Below are positions 9,940-20,254 of a stretch of 62,524 nt of DNA, one piece after another. Both the position numbers and the translations under genes were made by a program. A model generated the notes under the pieces. That model was not told the DNA's origin and did no database searches. It worked only from the letters and a program-made list of their open reading frames with translations. Positions within the stretch are counted from its first letter, which is position 1; each line of letters starts with the position of its first letter. Source of the DNA: Pseudoalteromonas sp. (GTDB taxonomy: Bacteria > Pseudomonadota > Gammaproteobacteria > Enterobacterales > Alteromonadaceae); contig NZ_JBFJHD010000001.1 of the NCBI RefSeq assembly GCF_041613455.1, forward strand, positions 1 to 62,524. Direction: 5' to 3'.

Positions 9940-10623
9940 TTAACCCAGTTTGGTAAGTAGCTTTTTAGCCGCTAATTCTGAACTGGCGGGGTTTTGACCG
10001 GTGATCACTAAGCCATCTGCAACGGCAAGGATGCCCCAATCATCTGTTTTTTGATAGTCGCCGCCTTTTTTAATGAGTTCGTCTTCCACTAAAAATGGCA
10101 CTATGTCAGTTAGCTCCACAGCAGCTTCTTCGCTGTTAGTAAAGCCGGTGACTTTTTTACCCGCAACTAAGGCATTACCCTCGTTATCTTTTACGTTTAA
10201 CAATACGGCGCTGGCGTGGCAAACCGCCGCAACCGGCTTTTGCTGTTTAATAAAATTTTCGAGCAGCGTAATAGAAGTTGTGTTGTCGACTAAATCCCAT
10301 AATGGGCCGTGGCCACCGGGATAAAACACGGCATCAAAGTCGCTGGCATTCACATCACTAAGCTGCTTGGTGTTAGCCATTAATGTTTGTGCGGCACTGT
10401 CGTTGTCGTAGCGTTTAGTGGCGTCTGTTTGGAAGTCAGCCATAGTACTGGTTGGATCTATCGGTGGTTGCCCGCCCTCAGGGGAAGCTAAGGTGACTTC
10501 TGCACCTGCATCAATAAAGGCATAATAAGGAGCGGCAAATTCTTCAACCCAAAAACCTGTTTTTTCGCCTGTGTTGCCCAGCTCGGCATGAGAGGTAAGT
10601 ACCATCAGTATTTTTTTAGCCAT
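9940..10623 (-). CDS. DJ-1/PfpI (Hsp31-like) type 1 glutamine amidotransferase-domain protein
   Basis: TGFWVEEFAAPY, PGGHGPLWDL, AVCHA nucleophile elbow, ITGQNPAS. Confidence 0.9.
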   Translation of the reverse strand: MAKKILMVLTSHAELGNTGEKTGFWVEEFAAPYYAFIDAGAEVTLASPEGGQPPIDPTSTMADFQTDATKRYDNDSAAQTLMANTKQLSDVNASDFDAVFYPGGHGPLWDLVDNTTSITLLENFIKQQKPVAAVCHASAVLLNVKDNEGNALVAGKKVTGFTNSEEAAVELTDIVPFLVEDELIKKGGDYQKTDDWGILAVADGLVITGQNPASSELAAKKLLTKLG

Positions 10624-10775
10624 TAACGTATTCCTTTTGCTGGTTTAAATGAATTAATTTTGCTTAACACTCACTATATGCACTAAGTGATATTTTAACA
10701 ACGATGATAACTTTAACAATATTGGTTTAATAATTGATACAATTGGTAGGGGAATAGTAAAACAGTGGCATATTG

Positions 10776-11699
10776 ATGAAAGTATCGTTTGAACAGTTGA
10801 AAAGTATGGTGGTGTTTGCGCAAATTGTAGAGCAGGGCAGTTTAACAGCGGCGGCCAAACAATTAGGCTTAACGCGCGCTGTGGCGAGCTATCATTTAAA
10901 AAAATTAGAAACTCAGTTAGAGGTCACATTGCTTAATCGTTCTACTCGCACTATGGCACTGACTGAAGCGGGTATAGCGTATTACGAGCGTTGTCGAATA
11001 ATTACCGAGCAAGCCAATGCGGCTAATCAGCAAATTGAAAATATAAAAAGCGAGCCTCAGGGGTTATTAAAAATTAGCTGCCCAGTGAATGTAGGTATGC
11101 AATTAATTGTGCCGGCAATTAATCACTTTAAACGTCAATACCCAAAAATCCACATCGATTTACAGCTTAGTGACGATGTGGTTGATATTATAAAGTATGG
11201 CTTTGACTTCGCTATTCGTGGAGTAGCGCTGCATGACTCTAACTTACAAGCCGTTAAACTCACCACTATGAGTACCTGTATTTGTGGCGCTCCTGATTAC
11301 TTTAGCCATTTTGGCAAACCAAAAAAACCGGCAGATCTTGCTGCGCATCAATGGGTGGTTTATCAGCTTGGCAGTTGCACACTGACGTTACAAAAAGAAG
11401 GCAAAAAACACAGTATTGAAATGCAAGGTAGTTTAAGCACCAATAATGCCGCAGCCCGTACCGCGTTTGTTGAAGCTGGGCACGGCTTGGGTCGCATTCC
11501 TCTGTATGATGCGTGGCCAAAAGTACAAGCTGGGGTGCTTGAAATTGTTTTAGATGATTATAAAAGCAAAGACATTGATCTATATGGGGTGTTTCCCCCT
11601 GGGGCTGCGGGTTCTAAAAAATTACGTGTGTTTATTGATTATTTAAAAGCCTACTTTGTTAAACAGCAGACTGCCTTGCGTGTGCATAACAGTGATTAA
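10776..11699 (+). CDS. LysR-family regulator (CrgA/DmlR-like), divergent from DJ-1 gene
   Basis: HTH plus LLNRSTRTMALTEAG; FDFAIR. Confidence 0.92.
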   Translation: MKVSFEQLKSMVVFAQIVEQGSLTAAAKQLGLTRAVASYHLKKLETQLEVTLLNRSTRTMALTEAGIAYYERCRIITEQANAANQQIENIKSEPQGLLKISCPVNVGMQLIVPAINHFKRQYPKIHIDLQLSDDVVDIIKYGFDFAIRGVALHDSNLQAVKLTTMSTCICGAPDYFSHFGKPKKPADLAAHQWVVYQLGSCTLTLQKEGKKHSIEMQGSLSTNNAAARTAFVEAGHGLGRIPLYDAWPKVQAGVLEIVLDDYKSKDIDLYGVFPPGAAGSKKLRVFIDYLKAYFVKQQTALRVHNSD

Positions 11700-11727
11700 G
11701 CGCTGTTACACCCGTGAGGTTAAAACT

Positions 11728-11770
11728 GCGATGGGAGCAAGTGCTGCATCGTAGCGATTGCTTCCATCGC
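11728..11770. terminator. Long hairpin between convergent LysR and GDPD genes
   Basis: gcgatgggagcaa...ttgcttccatcgc. Confidence 0.55.
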
Positions 11771-11896
11771 GCATAAAAGCATGCTGTGCACTCATTGCCT
11801 GGCAGTGGTAGTTTATTGCTGTAATAACGACGTGTTGATAAATTTTAACAGGGCTTTATGAATTGTGTAATTGAACGGCGTAAATGATTCGCTTAA

Positions 11897-13204
11897 TTAC
11901 TGGCTCGCAGGCATTTTATTACAGCTGGCGTAGTAACTGACAGTGGCAGGCCAGTCGGAAAAAATACCCATTACCCCCACTTGTTGGGCAAGTACATCAA
12001 CGACTTTCATCATGTCGCCATCGTTAGTTATTACATCTGCAATGGATTGATAGTAATAGCCGCCGCCTTGGTTTAGAGGGCCTGAACGCTCAAGGCTCCA
12101 TGTCATCAGTGCTAATCCCGCCGCTTTGGCGTCAATTGCGTATTGTGATGGCACAATATTACGGTCGCTATCTATAGTTAGCAGCATCCAAATGGGGGGA
12201 GCTAAAATCTTTATCCCTGCTGCAGCCAGTTCATTCATGCTAGGTTGCCACGTTGTTGGGTTGTTAGCATCAAACCCCGTATCTCTGTCACGGCCATCAA
12301 GGTAGACACTTTTATTAGCAAAATCCGGATTAGTATTAATCCAGTATTTTACGTCATCTAAATTAAATGATTGCGGAAAAACATGCTCAGCGGGTACGTT
12401 CAGTTGCGTATATTCATTCAACATTTTTTGTGCGTATTGCTGTTGCGACATACCATTGAAAGGCATGCTTACTTGGGGGGATTTAAGTTCTGGCGTCATT
12501 TTTACCCCAAGTGTTTTAAATAGCGCAATACTTTGTTTATGCGTCATTAGTGTGCCGCTCGTTGCGTATAAATCGGTACGCCAACGGGGTGTGCCTTGCA
12601 TATACTGCGCAGCGGTCGTAGCTTGTGTATTCGCGCCATCCATTTTTCCTTCAAGGGTTAAAAACTCCGCAAGGGTAATATCGCTGGTACAGCACTTAGC
12701 AGAAGCAGGCGTACCACTGTTAGCATCCGCAGGTGTAAAGGGCACACTGCACTTTGCAGCTAGTTCGGGCACCGCTAAAATATTGGTAGTAGTGTGTAAA
12801 TCGCATTGCGAATGGCGGCAAACAAGCTCATTATCGCTGGTAAAAGTAACATCGCACTCTACCACGCCTGCTCCCATTCGAGCTGCCGCAATATAAGCTT
12901 CTTTAGTGTGTTCAGGGTACTGCATCGCGGCACCACGATGGCCAATTGAAAAATCGGTGCGGTAAAAAGGGCCTTCACTACACGATGCTAATTGCGCTTT
13001 TAATTCGCCAGCGTCCATTTCGTTAATTAAATAATAGGGGCGAGTACCTAGTTGAATTGCAGCAGCGTCACCGTTAGGCACTTTTACAATAACAGAGCTA
13101 GGCACTTTAACAATGAGTTCTCTTTCTTGTGTTTTTACATTGTTTTTGCAGCCAGCCTGAAAGGCTAACAATAGGCAACTGGCAAGTAGGGGAGTCAGCT
13201 TCAT
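11897..13204 (-). CDS. Glycerophosphodiester phosphodiesterase-family lipoprotein
   Basis: Lipobox-like QAGC; IGHRGA, ECDV, CRH, ELK, GIFSDWP. Confidence 0.9.
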   Translation of the reverse strand: MKLTPLLASCLLLAFQAGCKNNVKTQERELIVKVPSSVIVKVPNGDAAAIQLGTRPYYLINEMDAGELKAQLASCSEGPFYRTDFSIGHRGAAMQYPEHTKEAYIAAARMGAGVVECDVTFTSDNELVCRHSQCDLHTTTNILAVPELAAKCSVPFTPADANSGTPASAKCCTSDITLAEFLTLEGKMDGANTQATTAAQYMQGTPRWRTDLYATSGTLMTHKQSIALFKTLGVKMTPELKSPQVSMPFNGMSQQQYAQKMLNEYTQLNVPAEHVFPQSFNLDDVKYWINTNPDFANKSVYLDGRDRDTGFDANNPTTWQPSMNELAAAGIKILAPPIWMLLTIDSDRNIVPSQYAIDAKAAGLALMTWSLERSGPLNQGGGYYYQSIADVITNDGDMMKVVDVLAQQVGVMGIFSDWPATVSYYASCNKMPASQ

Positions 13205-13249
13205 TATTGTTCCTTAAAAAATTAACGCTTACTACCCTAACTAAGGTTA

Positions 13250-13267
13250 ATGACAATTTAGCGACAA
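13250..13267 (-). promoter_or_regulatory. Putative Pho box upstream of GDPD gene
   Basis: Minus strand TTGTCGC-TAAA-TTGTCAT, followed 10 nt later by TAGGGT (-10-like). Confidence 0.65.
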
Positions 13268-13272
13268 AGTGA

Positions 13273-14124
13273 TTAATTTACTTGTTTATTAAAGTATTGA
13301 TTCACTAATAAGGCGGCGAAAATAATGCCTGCGCCAAGGCTCAGTCTGAGTAGATCGGCGTCTCTGTTCCAGATGACAACATTAACCACAATACCGGCCG
13401 GAATAAGCATGTTATTCATCACCGCCAGTGTGCCGACATTCACCTGAGTAATGCCTTTATTCCAGACAAAGTAACCCACTCCCGATGCAATGGCGCCTAA
13501 ATAAATCAGTATTCCCCATTGCGTGGCTGTGGTGGGTAATTTTTCACTATTACCAAATACGCTATAGCACACGACTGCGACACACAGTGCGCCAATAAAG
13601 AACCAACCAAACACCGTTTTTTGTGCTACCGCGCTGTGGTGCATGACGCGTTTATAAGCGACTTGCCCTGCAGCAAAGCAAAGGTTAGCCCCTTGCACCA
13701 GTAGTAAACCAAGCACAAAGTCACTGTTAATACCTTCATAGCGGATCGCAATCGCGCCCGCAACGGCAATTAGCGCGACAATAAAAAAACGCGGGTTAAA
13801 GTGTTTTGCTAACGCATCATTAAGTAAAGTGATGTAAATGGGAGTCATAACGGTAAATAACAGTACTTCTGGCACGGTTAAATATAAAAAGGAGTGATAG
13901 TAAAAGCCGTACATAGCCCCCAGCTGCACGGCACCGATGAGCATTAGTTTAAACGCCAAAGGCTTAGCTGTGTGTTTAAACTTTAAGAACGGTAAGAACA
14001 CTAACGCTGCCATTGCGACACGCATTAAAACACTAAACCATGCATCCACTTGGCCTGCTAAATACACCCCAATTAAACTAAACGAAAAGGCCCAAAGTAA
14101 AGTAACGGCAAATAAATAGCCCAT
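13273..14124 (-). CDS. yigM: EamA/DMT transporter, YigM(BioP)-like
   Basis: LWAFSFSLIGVYLAGQVD, LTVPEVLLFTVMTPIY; 10 TM segments. Confidence 0.8.
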   Translation of the reverse strand: MGYLFAVTLLWAFSFSLIGVYLAGQVDAWFSVLMRVAMAALVFLPFLKFKHTAKPLAFKLMLIGAVQLGAMYGFYYHSFLYLTVPEVLLFTVMTPIYITLLNDALAKHFNPRFFIVALIAVAGAIAIRYEGINSDFVLGLLLVQGANLCFAAGQVAYKRVMHHSAVAQKTVFGWFFIGALCVAVVCYSVFGNSEKLPTTATQWGILIYLGAIASGVGYFVWNKGITQVNVGTLAVMNNMLIPAGIVVNVVIWNRDADLLRLSLGAGIIFAALLVNQYFNKQVN

Positions 14125-14182
14125 AGTATTGTTTGCTCCAAACTAAAAATGCGAGTGTATACCACAACGGGTATGAAAGGGA

Positions 14183-14202
14183 GGGCTCAGCAAGCTAAGC
14201 CC
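14183..14202 (-). terminator. Hairpin after amidohydrolase gene
   Basis: gggctcagc-aa-gctaagccc. Confidence 0.5.
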
Positions 14203-14212
14203 ATTAGTTGAT

Positions 14213-15643
14213 TTACTGTTGTGAGCTAACGAATTGCTTGGCTTGTGCTTTAAGGTTTTCTAATGCAGCTTTATCGTAATAGCGATTGTGGCTGATCACC
14301 CCTTGTAATGATTGGGTATTACGCACGTTGATTAATGGATTGCTATCTAAAATAATAATATCGGCCACTTTACCAACCTCTAAAGAACCAAACTGTTGTG
14401 CTTTATCTAAAAAGGTTGGCCCTGCTTGGGTCGCACTGTGTAGTATTTGTTGAGGGGTAAGGCCATAGTCACTAAAAATAGCTAGCTCCTGATGAAGCGA
14501 CAGCCCAGGGTAAATATAAGAATTTAAAAAGCCTGCATCGGTGCCCGCAATAATAGGCACACCCGCCTCTTGTGCCCAAGGTAGCAGTTGAGCGGTTTGA
14601 ACAAAGCGTTGTTTGCGTGCTTTTATTTGTGCGGGGGTATCTTTATTTGCACGATCAACACGCCACTGGTAGGTGTCTTTTAAACCTTTACCTAAGTAAT
14701 TTAAAAACTCATCTTGCTGGTGGTTATCTTCGTCAATATAAGCGGTAACTTGGCCGCCAATTAAGGTTGGTACAATCGCAGTGTTATTTTTGGCTAAAAG
14801 ACGGTACTTTTTCATTGCGGTGTCTTTATCTATGTTATCCATCACAACGGGTAAGGCGCTGCGATAGCTCAGTTCACCCGCTTTTACTTTAGCTGAAATA
14901 TCATCTTCGTTTTTAGCTGCCGCCTTGAGTAAATAAGTCATATGCTCTATTGCGTCTAAACCTGCGCTAGATACATCAGTAACGGATAAAGAAAACGGAA
15001 TATGACCTGATATTTTGTAACCACGCTTTTTAACTTCTTTTACTGCTTGTAAATAAAGTTCTGGAGTTAATGCGCTATCAGTAATTTTAACAAAGTCGAC
15101 ATTCATCGCATCTAGTTTATCAATAGCTGCATGCATTTCTTGGGTTGTTTCAACCTCAAGATCGCCTGGCCAAATAGAGTCTTTACCCTCTAGTTTGGGT
15201 CCTGAGGTATAAATAGTGGGACCTATTAGCTCACCTTTAGTTATTTGCTCACGCCAGCTTAAAACCGAGGGGCTTAAATCAGCAGCCGCATCACGCACCG
15301 TAGTAACGCCGTAGGCTAAATATAAAGGCAGCAATTGTTTGTTTTCTTCAATTAATGCGTCGCCACCGCCAAAGTGTACATGCATATCCCAAAGGCCTGG
15401 CATAACAAAGCGCCCTTGAGCATCTACTTGTGTAGTGGCATGGTAATTTAACTTAAGAGCGTCATCGCCACGGGCAATAATTTTAGCATCGGTAATAGCA
15501 ATAGTCTGATTGGGGATCACCACTGCATTTTTAATATCAACCACATTGGCATGATGAATGAGTAGGTCGACATGTTGTTTTTCATTAGCAAAACTCAATG
15601 TACTTAGTAACAATGAGAATGGGAGTAGGAGAGTGTATTTCAT
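14213..15643 (-). CDS. Secreted metal-dependent amidohydrolase
   Basis: Signal peptide; PGLWDMHVH, FVKI, SGH, IEH, AGTDAG, GKVADI. Confidence 0.88.
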   Translation of the reverse strand: MKYTLLLPFSLLLSTLSFANEKQHVDLLIHHANVVDIKNAVVIPNQTIAITDAKIIARGDDALKLNYHATTQVDAQGRFVMPGLWDMHVHFGGGDALIEENKQLLPLYLAYGVTTVRDAAADLSPSVLSWREQITKGELIGPTIYTSGPKLEGKDSIWPGDLEVETTQEMHAAIDKLDAMNVDFVKITDSALTPELYLQAVKEVKKRGYKISGHIPFSLSVTDVSSAGLDAIEHMTYLLKAAAKNEDDISAKVKAGELSYRSALPVVMDNIDKDTAMKKYRLLAKNNTAIVPTLIGGQVTAYIDEDNHQQDEFLNYLGKGLKDTYQWRVDRANKDTPAQIKARKQRFVQTAQLLPWAQEAGVPIIAGTDAGFLNSYIYPGLSLHQELAIFSDYGLTPQQILHSATQAGPTFLDKAQQFGSLEVGKVADIIILDSNPLINVRNTQSLQGVISHNRYYDKAALENLKAQAKQFVSSQQ

Positions 15644-15748
15644 AAAGGCACCTTAATTTTTTATTAAGGTTAACATGGGCAAGCTAGGTTGTGAGTAAGT
15701 TTGAGTTTAAGTGTGTTGTAAATCAGCTAAAGTGTTTGATATACATAA

Positions 15749-15776
15749 AATAAAAGCCCGCGAGCGGGCTTTTATT
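15749..15776. terminator. Intrinsic terminator after M3 peptidase gene
   Basis: aataaaagcccg-cgag-cgggcttttatt. Confidence 0.85.
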
Positions 15777-15793
15777 AACGACATTATGGTTTA

Positions 15794-17929
15794 TTAGTCA
15801 ACTAAACCACGGCGCTTAAGCAATGCGTCAGTGGTTGGTTTTTGACCTCTGAACTCAATGTAGCTTTGCATTAAGTCGCGGCTGTTACCTTTAGACAGGA
15901 TCTCTTTACGGAACTTGTCGCCATTTTCACGGGTTAACCCGCCATTATTTTCCATATACGCAAAAGCATCTGCTGCGAATACTTCAGTCCATAGGTAGGC
16001 GTAGTAACCTGCTGAGTAGCCCCCAGCAAAAGTATGGCTAAAGTAGTTTGATTTATAACGCGGCGGCACCGGGTAATACGCAATACCATGGGCTTCTAAC
16101 GCTTGTTTTTCAAACTGTTGCACATCGGTTACTTTTTTATCTGAACCAAATGAGTGCCATTCCATATCAAGTAACGCGGCGGCTAAGTACTCAGTGGTGC
16201 CAAAACCTTGGTTGAATTTTTGCGCTTCAAGCATTTTATTAAGTAAATCTTGTGGGATTGGCTCACCGGTTTTGTAATGCTTTGCATAGTTTGCCAGTAC
16301 CGTAGGCTCAATCATCCAGTCTTCGTGCGCTTGTGATGGAAATTCAACAAAGTCACGGGCTGTTGCTGTGCCTGCTAAGCTTGGGTATTTAACGTCTGAG
16401 AATAACCCGTGCGCCGCATGACCAAACTCATGGAATAAGGTAGACACTTCATCGAAAGTCATCAGGGTTGGCTCGCCTGCGGCAGGCTTTGGAATATTTT
16501 GCGCGTTATAAATAACCGGCTTCGTGCCTTTTAAGCCACTTTGGCCTACGTAGGCGCTCATCCATGCACCACCACGTTTACCTTCACGTGCATAAGGGTC
16601 CATGTAAAATAAACCAATAGCGCTGCCATCGGCATTAAATACTTCAAATGCCATTACATCTTCGTGGTATAGCGGTAAGTCTTTACGCTCTTTGAAGGTA
16701 ATGCCGTACAGTTTCTCCATTGCAAAGAATAACCCATTATGGATCACCGACTGCATTTCAAAGTAGGGCTTAACAAGTGCTGGGTCTAGGTTGTATTTTT
16801 CGGCACGTACTTTTTCAGCATAAAAAGCCCAATCCCATGGCTTAAGTTCAAAATTTTCGCCAGAATCGTAAATAACTTTTTGAATTGCTGCAGCTTCAGC
16901 TTTCGCTTTTTCAACGGCTTTTGGTGCCAGATCATCTAAAATGCCGTACACATTTTCAGTGGTTTGTGCCATACGGGTAGTCATTACATAAGAAGCCCAA
17001 TCTTTATAGCCTAATAGCTCCGCTTTTTGCGCGCGTAGATTGGTTTCTTTAATAATGATAGGGCCGTTAGTTTTGGCGGCGCGATTGGTAGAGGCTTTAA
17101 AAATTTGCTCACGGAGTTCGCGGTTTTCTAGGCTGCTTAAAATAGGCTGCTGAGTAGTATTAACTAGCGTGATCATGTAACCGTCTTTGCCGGCTTTTTT
17201 AGCTGCGGCAGCAAGACCGGCAATTTCACCGTCAGAAAGACCAGCTAATTTGCTTTTATCAGTAACAACAATCACATCTTCTTTAAACGATTTTAATACG
17301 TTTTGCGAAAACGCGGTCGATAGCTTGGCAAGCTCAGAGTTGATCTCACGCATTTTAGCTTTTTCGGCTTCGGTAAGTTTTGCCCCAGCATTAACAAACT
17401 TTTTATAATAAAAATCAACTAAGCGTTGATCTTCGGCGTTTAACGCCGCTTTATTGTCATAAATTGTTTGTACACGGTTAAACAACGCTGCATTGAGGTA
17501 AATGTCGTCAGAGTGAGCAGATAGCACCGGTGCCATTTTTTGGCTAATGCGCTGATACTCGTCATCAGAAATCAAACCCGATAAGTTGTAAAAGGCGGTA
17601 GAAACGCGGTCCAGCAACTCACCCGACAGCTCCATTTCAACTAAGGTATTTTCAAAGGTCGCAGCAGCCGGGTTGTTTGCAATAGCTTGAATTTGTGCTG
17701 TGTGCTGTGCAATACCCGCGTCAAATGCAGCTTCGTAATCTTTGGTGCCGAATTTATTAAATTCAGGTGCCATATATTGCAATGGACTTGGCTTAAACAA
17801 TACATTGTTTGCGTTGATATTTTGCACTTGTGTAGCGCTCTCTTTTGCCATGTTGTTTGAATCGTTTGTTGTACAGGCAGATAATACAAGAACACTAGCA
17901 ATGGTAGTGGCGATCAATGTTTTACGCAT
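15794..17929 (-). CDS. dcp: M3-family peptidyl-dipeptidase (Dcp-like), lipoprotein
   Basis: LSAC lipobox; KRGGAWM, FHEFGH, RDFVEFPSQ, GYSAGYYAYLW; start at MRKTL after GGAG. Confidence 0.9.
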   Translation of the reverse strand: MRKTLIATTIASVLVLSACTTNDSNNMAKESATQVQNINANNVLFKPSPLQYMAPEFNKFGTKDYEAAFDAGIAQHTAQIQAIANNPAAATFENTLVEMELSGELLDRVSTAFYNLSGLISDDEYQRISQKMAPVLSAHSDDIYLNAALFNRVQTIYDNKAALNAEDQRLVDFYYKKFVNAGAKLTEAEKAKMREINSELAKLSTAFSQNVLKSFKEDVIVVTDKSKLAGLSDGEIAGLAAAAKKAGKDGYMITLVNTTQQPILSSLENRELREQIFKASTNRAAKTNGPIIIKETNLRAQKAELLGYKDWASYVMTTRMAQTTENVYGILDDLAPKAVEKAKAEAAAIQKVIYDSGENFELKPWDWAFYAEKVRAEKYNLDPALVKPYFEMQSVIHNGLFFAMEKLYGITFKERKDLPLYHEDVMAFEVFNADGSAIGLFYMDPYAREGKRGGAWMSAYVGQSGLKGTKPVIYNAQNIPKPAAGEPTLMTFDEVSTLFHEFGHAAHGLFSDVKYPSLAGTATARDFVEFPSQAHEDWMIEPTVLANYAKHYKTGEPIPQDLLNKMLEAQKFNQGFGTTEYLAAALLDMEWHSFGSDKKVTDVQQFEKQALEAHGIAYYPVPPRYKSNYFSHTFAGGYSAGYYAYLWTEVFAADAFAYMENNGGLTRENGDKFRKEILSKGNSRDLMQSYIEFRGQKPTTDALLKRRGLVD

Positions 17930-18141
17930 AGTAACTCCATAAAAGATGAGCCGAAATAGGCTGTGTGAGTCGAAAAACACAGTTAACTTACCAAATTTGC
18001 AGTTATATACAACAATGTTTATCGGTATTAAGCGGGGTTTAAACGCAAATAACGCAGAATTTTAGTGAAGGGTGAGCAAAAGTAGCTCTAAAAGTATTCG
18101 CGAGCTACTTAAAGTTAATAAAAGAGGAGGTCGGTAGAAAA

Positions 18142-18351
18142 TTAATTGTAACCCAGTACAAATTTTTTATCGGCTTCAAAATTAGGCGATTGCTGTTGCC
18201 CGAACTGTTTATTAATGGATGCGATTTTTTGCTCTTGTATGGCCAGTAAAGATAAAATTTTATTACGATACTCAAGGCTGTTTTCAAATAAAGTCAGGTC
18301 TACCTGAGGCTGCAAAATAGCGACTCTTTGCGTTAACGTTAGTTGCGTCAT
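18142..18351 (-). CDS. Small hypothetical protein (69 aa)
   Basis: ATG 18351 with GGGAG upstream; ends KKFVLGYN; no recognised domain. Confidence 0.6.
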   Translation of the reverse strand: MTQLTLTQRVAILQPQVDLTLFENSLEYRNKILSLLAIQEQKIASINKQFGQQQSPNFEADKKFVLGYN

Positions 18352-18534
18352 AATGATATTCTCCCATGCAGTTACACTATTTATATAGCACTTAGTGAGC
18401 AATAAAGTTAGTTAAACATGCACTTTATGTTAATTGATTTTAATCTCTTAATAGTATGGCGTGCTAAACTTAGCAGACCCTGAACCTTATAATTTACGCA
18501 TAAGTAAGGTTTATTAACTAAATTTGGACAATAA

Positions 18535-19407
18535 ATGACATTAGAACAATTCCAGCAAATACTCGCCTTTGTACTGTTTAGCTATAACGAGGTACAAATC
18601 ACGGTCGCTAAAATTATTCAAGTTCCACTCATTTTATTTACTTTATGGTTTGTCGTAACTCGCATTGGGAAGTTGATACGTCGCTCGCTATTAGCGCGTA
18701 AAATTAGCCAAGATGCGGTGCACTTATTTACGCGTTTTTATTTCATTTTAAGTATTACCATTTTAGTTTTTACCTCGCTAGAAGTACTTAACATTCCGCT
18801 CACCGCATTTGCTTTTGTATCAGGTGCTATTGCGATTGGGGTTGGTTTTGGTGCACAAAATATTATCAATAACTTTATTAGTGGCTGGATATTAATGTGG
18901 GAACGCCCCATACGTATTGGCGACTTTTTAGAAGTTGGTAACGCCAAAGGAGTTGTAGAAACGATTAATACCCGTTCTACCCGTATTCGTCGTAACGATG
19001 GCGTGCATATGTTAGTTCCTAATAGTCAGTTATTAGAAAACACCGTGACTAACTGGACGTTAATTGATCGCAATGCGCGTACTTCGGTGAATGTTGGGGT
19101 TATGTATGGCTCAGACGTGGAACTGGTGGCAGATATCATTAAGCAGGTTGTTGGCGAGCACCCGGCGATATTACCTAATTTACCCAAAGCGGTGTTGTTT
19201 GACGACTTTGCTGAAAGCGCGTTAATGTTTACTGCTATTTTTTGGGTATATGCCGAGTCTGAAACTATGTTACGCCAGGTACGTAGCGATATTCGCTTTA
19301 GCCTTTATAAGCAATTTAAATTGCATAATATTAAAATTGCCTTGCCGCAACGGATTATTCATATTGATGAAAATAAATTAACCCCCACGGCCAAATCGCA
19401 TAGCTAA
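18535..19407 (+). CDS. MscS-family mechanosensitive channel
   Basis: GVGFGAQNIINNFISG, ERPIRIGD, VPNS..TVTNWT. Confidence 0.93.
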   Translation: MTLEQFQQILAFVLFSYNEVQITVAKIIQVPLILFTLWFVVTRIGKLIRRSLLARKISQDAVHLFTRFYFILSITILVFTSLEVLNIPLTAFAFVSGAIAIGVGFGAQNIINNFISGWILMWERPIRIGDFLEVGNAKGVVETINTRSTRIRRNDGVHMLVPNSQLLENTVTNWTLIDRNARTSVNVGVMYGSDVELVADIIKQVVGEHPAILPNLPKAVLFDDFAESALMFTAIFWVYAESETMLRQVRSDIRFSLYKQFKLHNIKIALPQRIIHIDENKLTPTAKSHS

Positions 19408-19443
19408 GCTGTATTAGTAAAGTGCTTAGACTTTAAATGAGGC

Positions 19444-20010
19444 TTAGTTATTCTGAGTCTCATCAATAGTATGCTGTAGCGTTTTTAACTTTAACGCGAG
19501 GCCAATCGCTAAGCTACCAAATATAACGGCGTAGGTTGCCACCAACCACAGCAAGGTTATGATGCCGGCCCCAGGATTAACGATTAAGTAACCACCAAAT
19601 AATATTGAGATCACACCACTGAGCACTAATATCCATTCGTTACTGATTTCATGGCGTAACTTTTGTGCTAATAGAATTTCAACGGCACCAATTGCAATTG
19701 CCCAAGCGGCAACATAATAAAGTAATAATAACGCCGTTATATTAGGCGCAGTTAAAGTCACAATGGCGGCAATAATACTCAGTAAACCGGCCACTAACAG
19801 TAACCCCCAAAACGGATTGACATTTTTAGAGTTAATCGCCACCCAAACACGCAGTATACCATCCACTAAAAAGTAGCCGGCAAAAATAAGCAGTATCAGC
19901 TGTAGAGATGCTTCCGGTGCAAACCACGTTATTACTCCAAATAGCACGGCTAAAATACCGCGCACTAAAAGCAGTGACCAATTTTTGCTGAGTGTGCTAG
20001 TAAGGTTCAT
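19444..20010 (-). CDS. HdeD/DUF308 membrane protein
   Basis: W.LLLVRGILAVLFG repeats, 6 TM segments. Confidence 0.85.
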   Translation of the reverse strand: MNLTSTLSKNWSLLLVRGILAVLFGVITWFAPEASLQLILLIFAGYFLVDGILRVWVAINSKNVNPFWGLLLVAGLLSIIAAIVTLTAPNITALLLLYYVAAWAIAIGAVEILLAQKLRHEISNEWILVLSGVISILFGGYLIVNPGAGIITLLWLVATYAVIFGSLAIGLALKLKTLQHTIDETQNN

Positions 20011-20239
20011 TTCTATCCTTAATAAAATAGTATTAGCGCATGAGTTAAGGTATCGCTTGTGGTGATTTTGGTCAACGGATTAATGTAAATTCCTACATGA
20101 TAAATAGCGTTAAAAACAGGTCAAATGTCCGCTCCTAGTGGGTATTTAAGAGTTTATTTTGCATTTTTTTTTGCTCTGTAATTTTTTTATATTAATTGTA
20201 CTTTTTATGGCTGTTTTATGACGTAAAAGGATATCAGGG

Positions 20240-20248
20240 TGTTATAAT
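20240..20248 (+). promoter_or_regulatory. Consensus extended -10 promoter for TonB receptor
   Basis: TGTTATAAT (TGn-TATAAT); implies a TSS near 20255. Confidence 0.65.
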
Positions 20249-20254
20249 ATTAAC

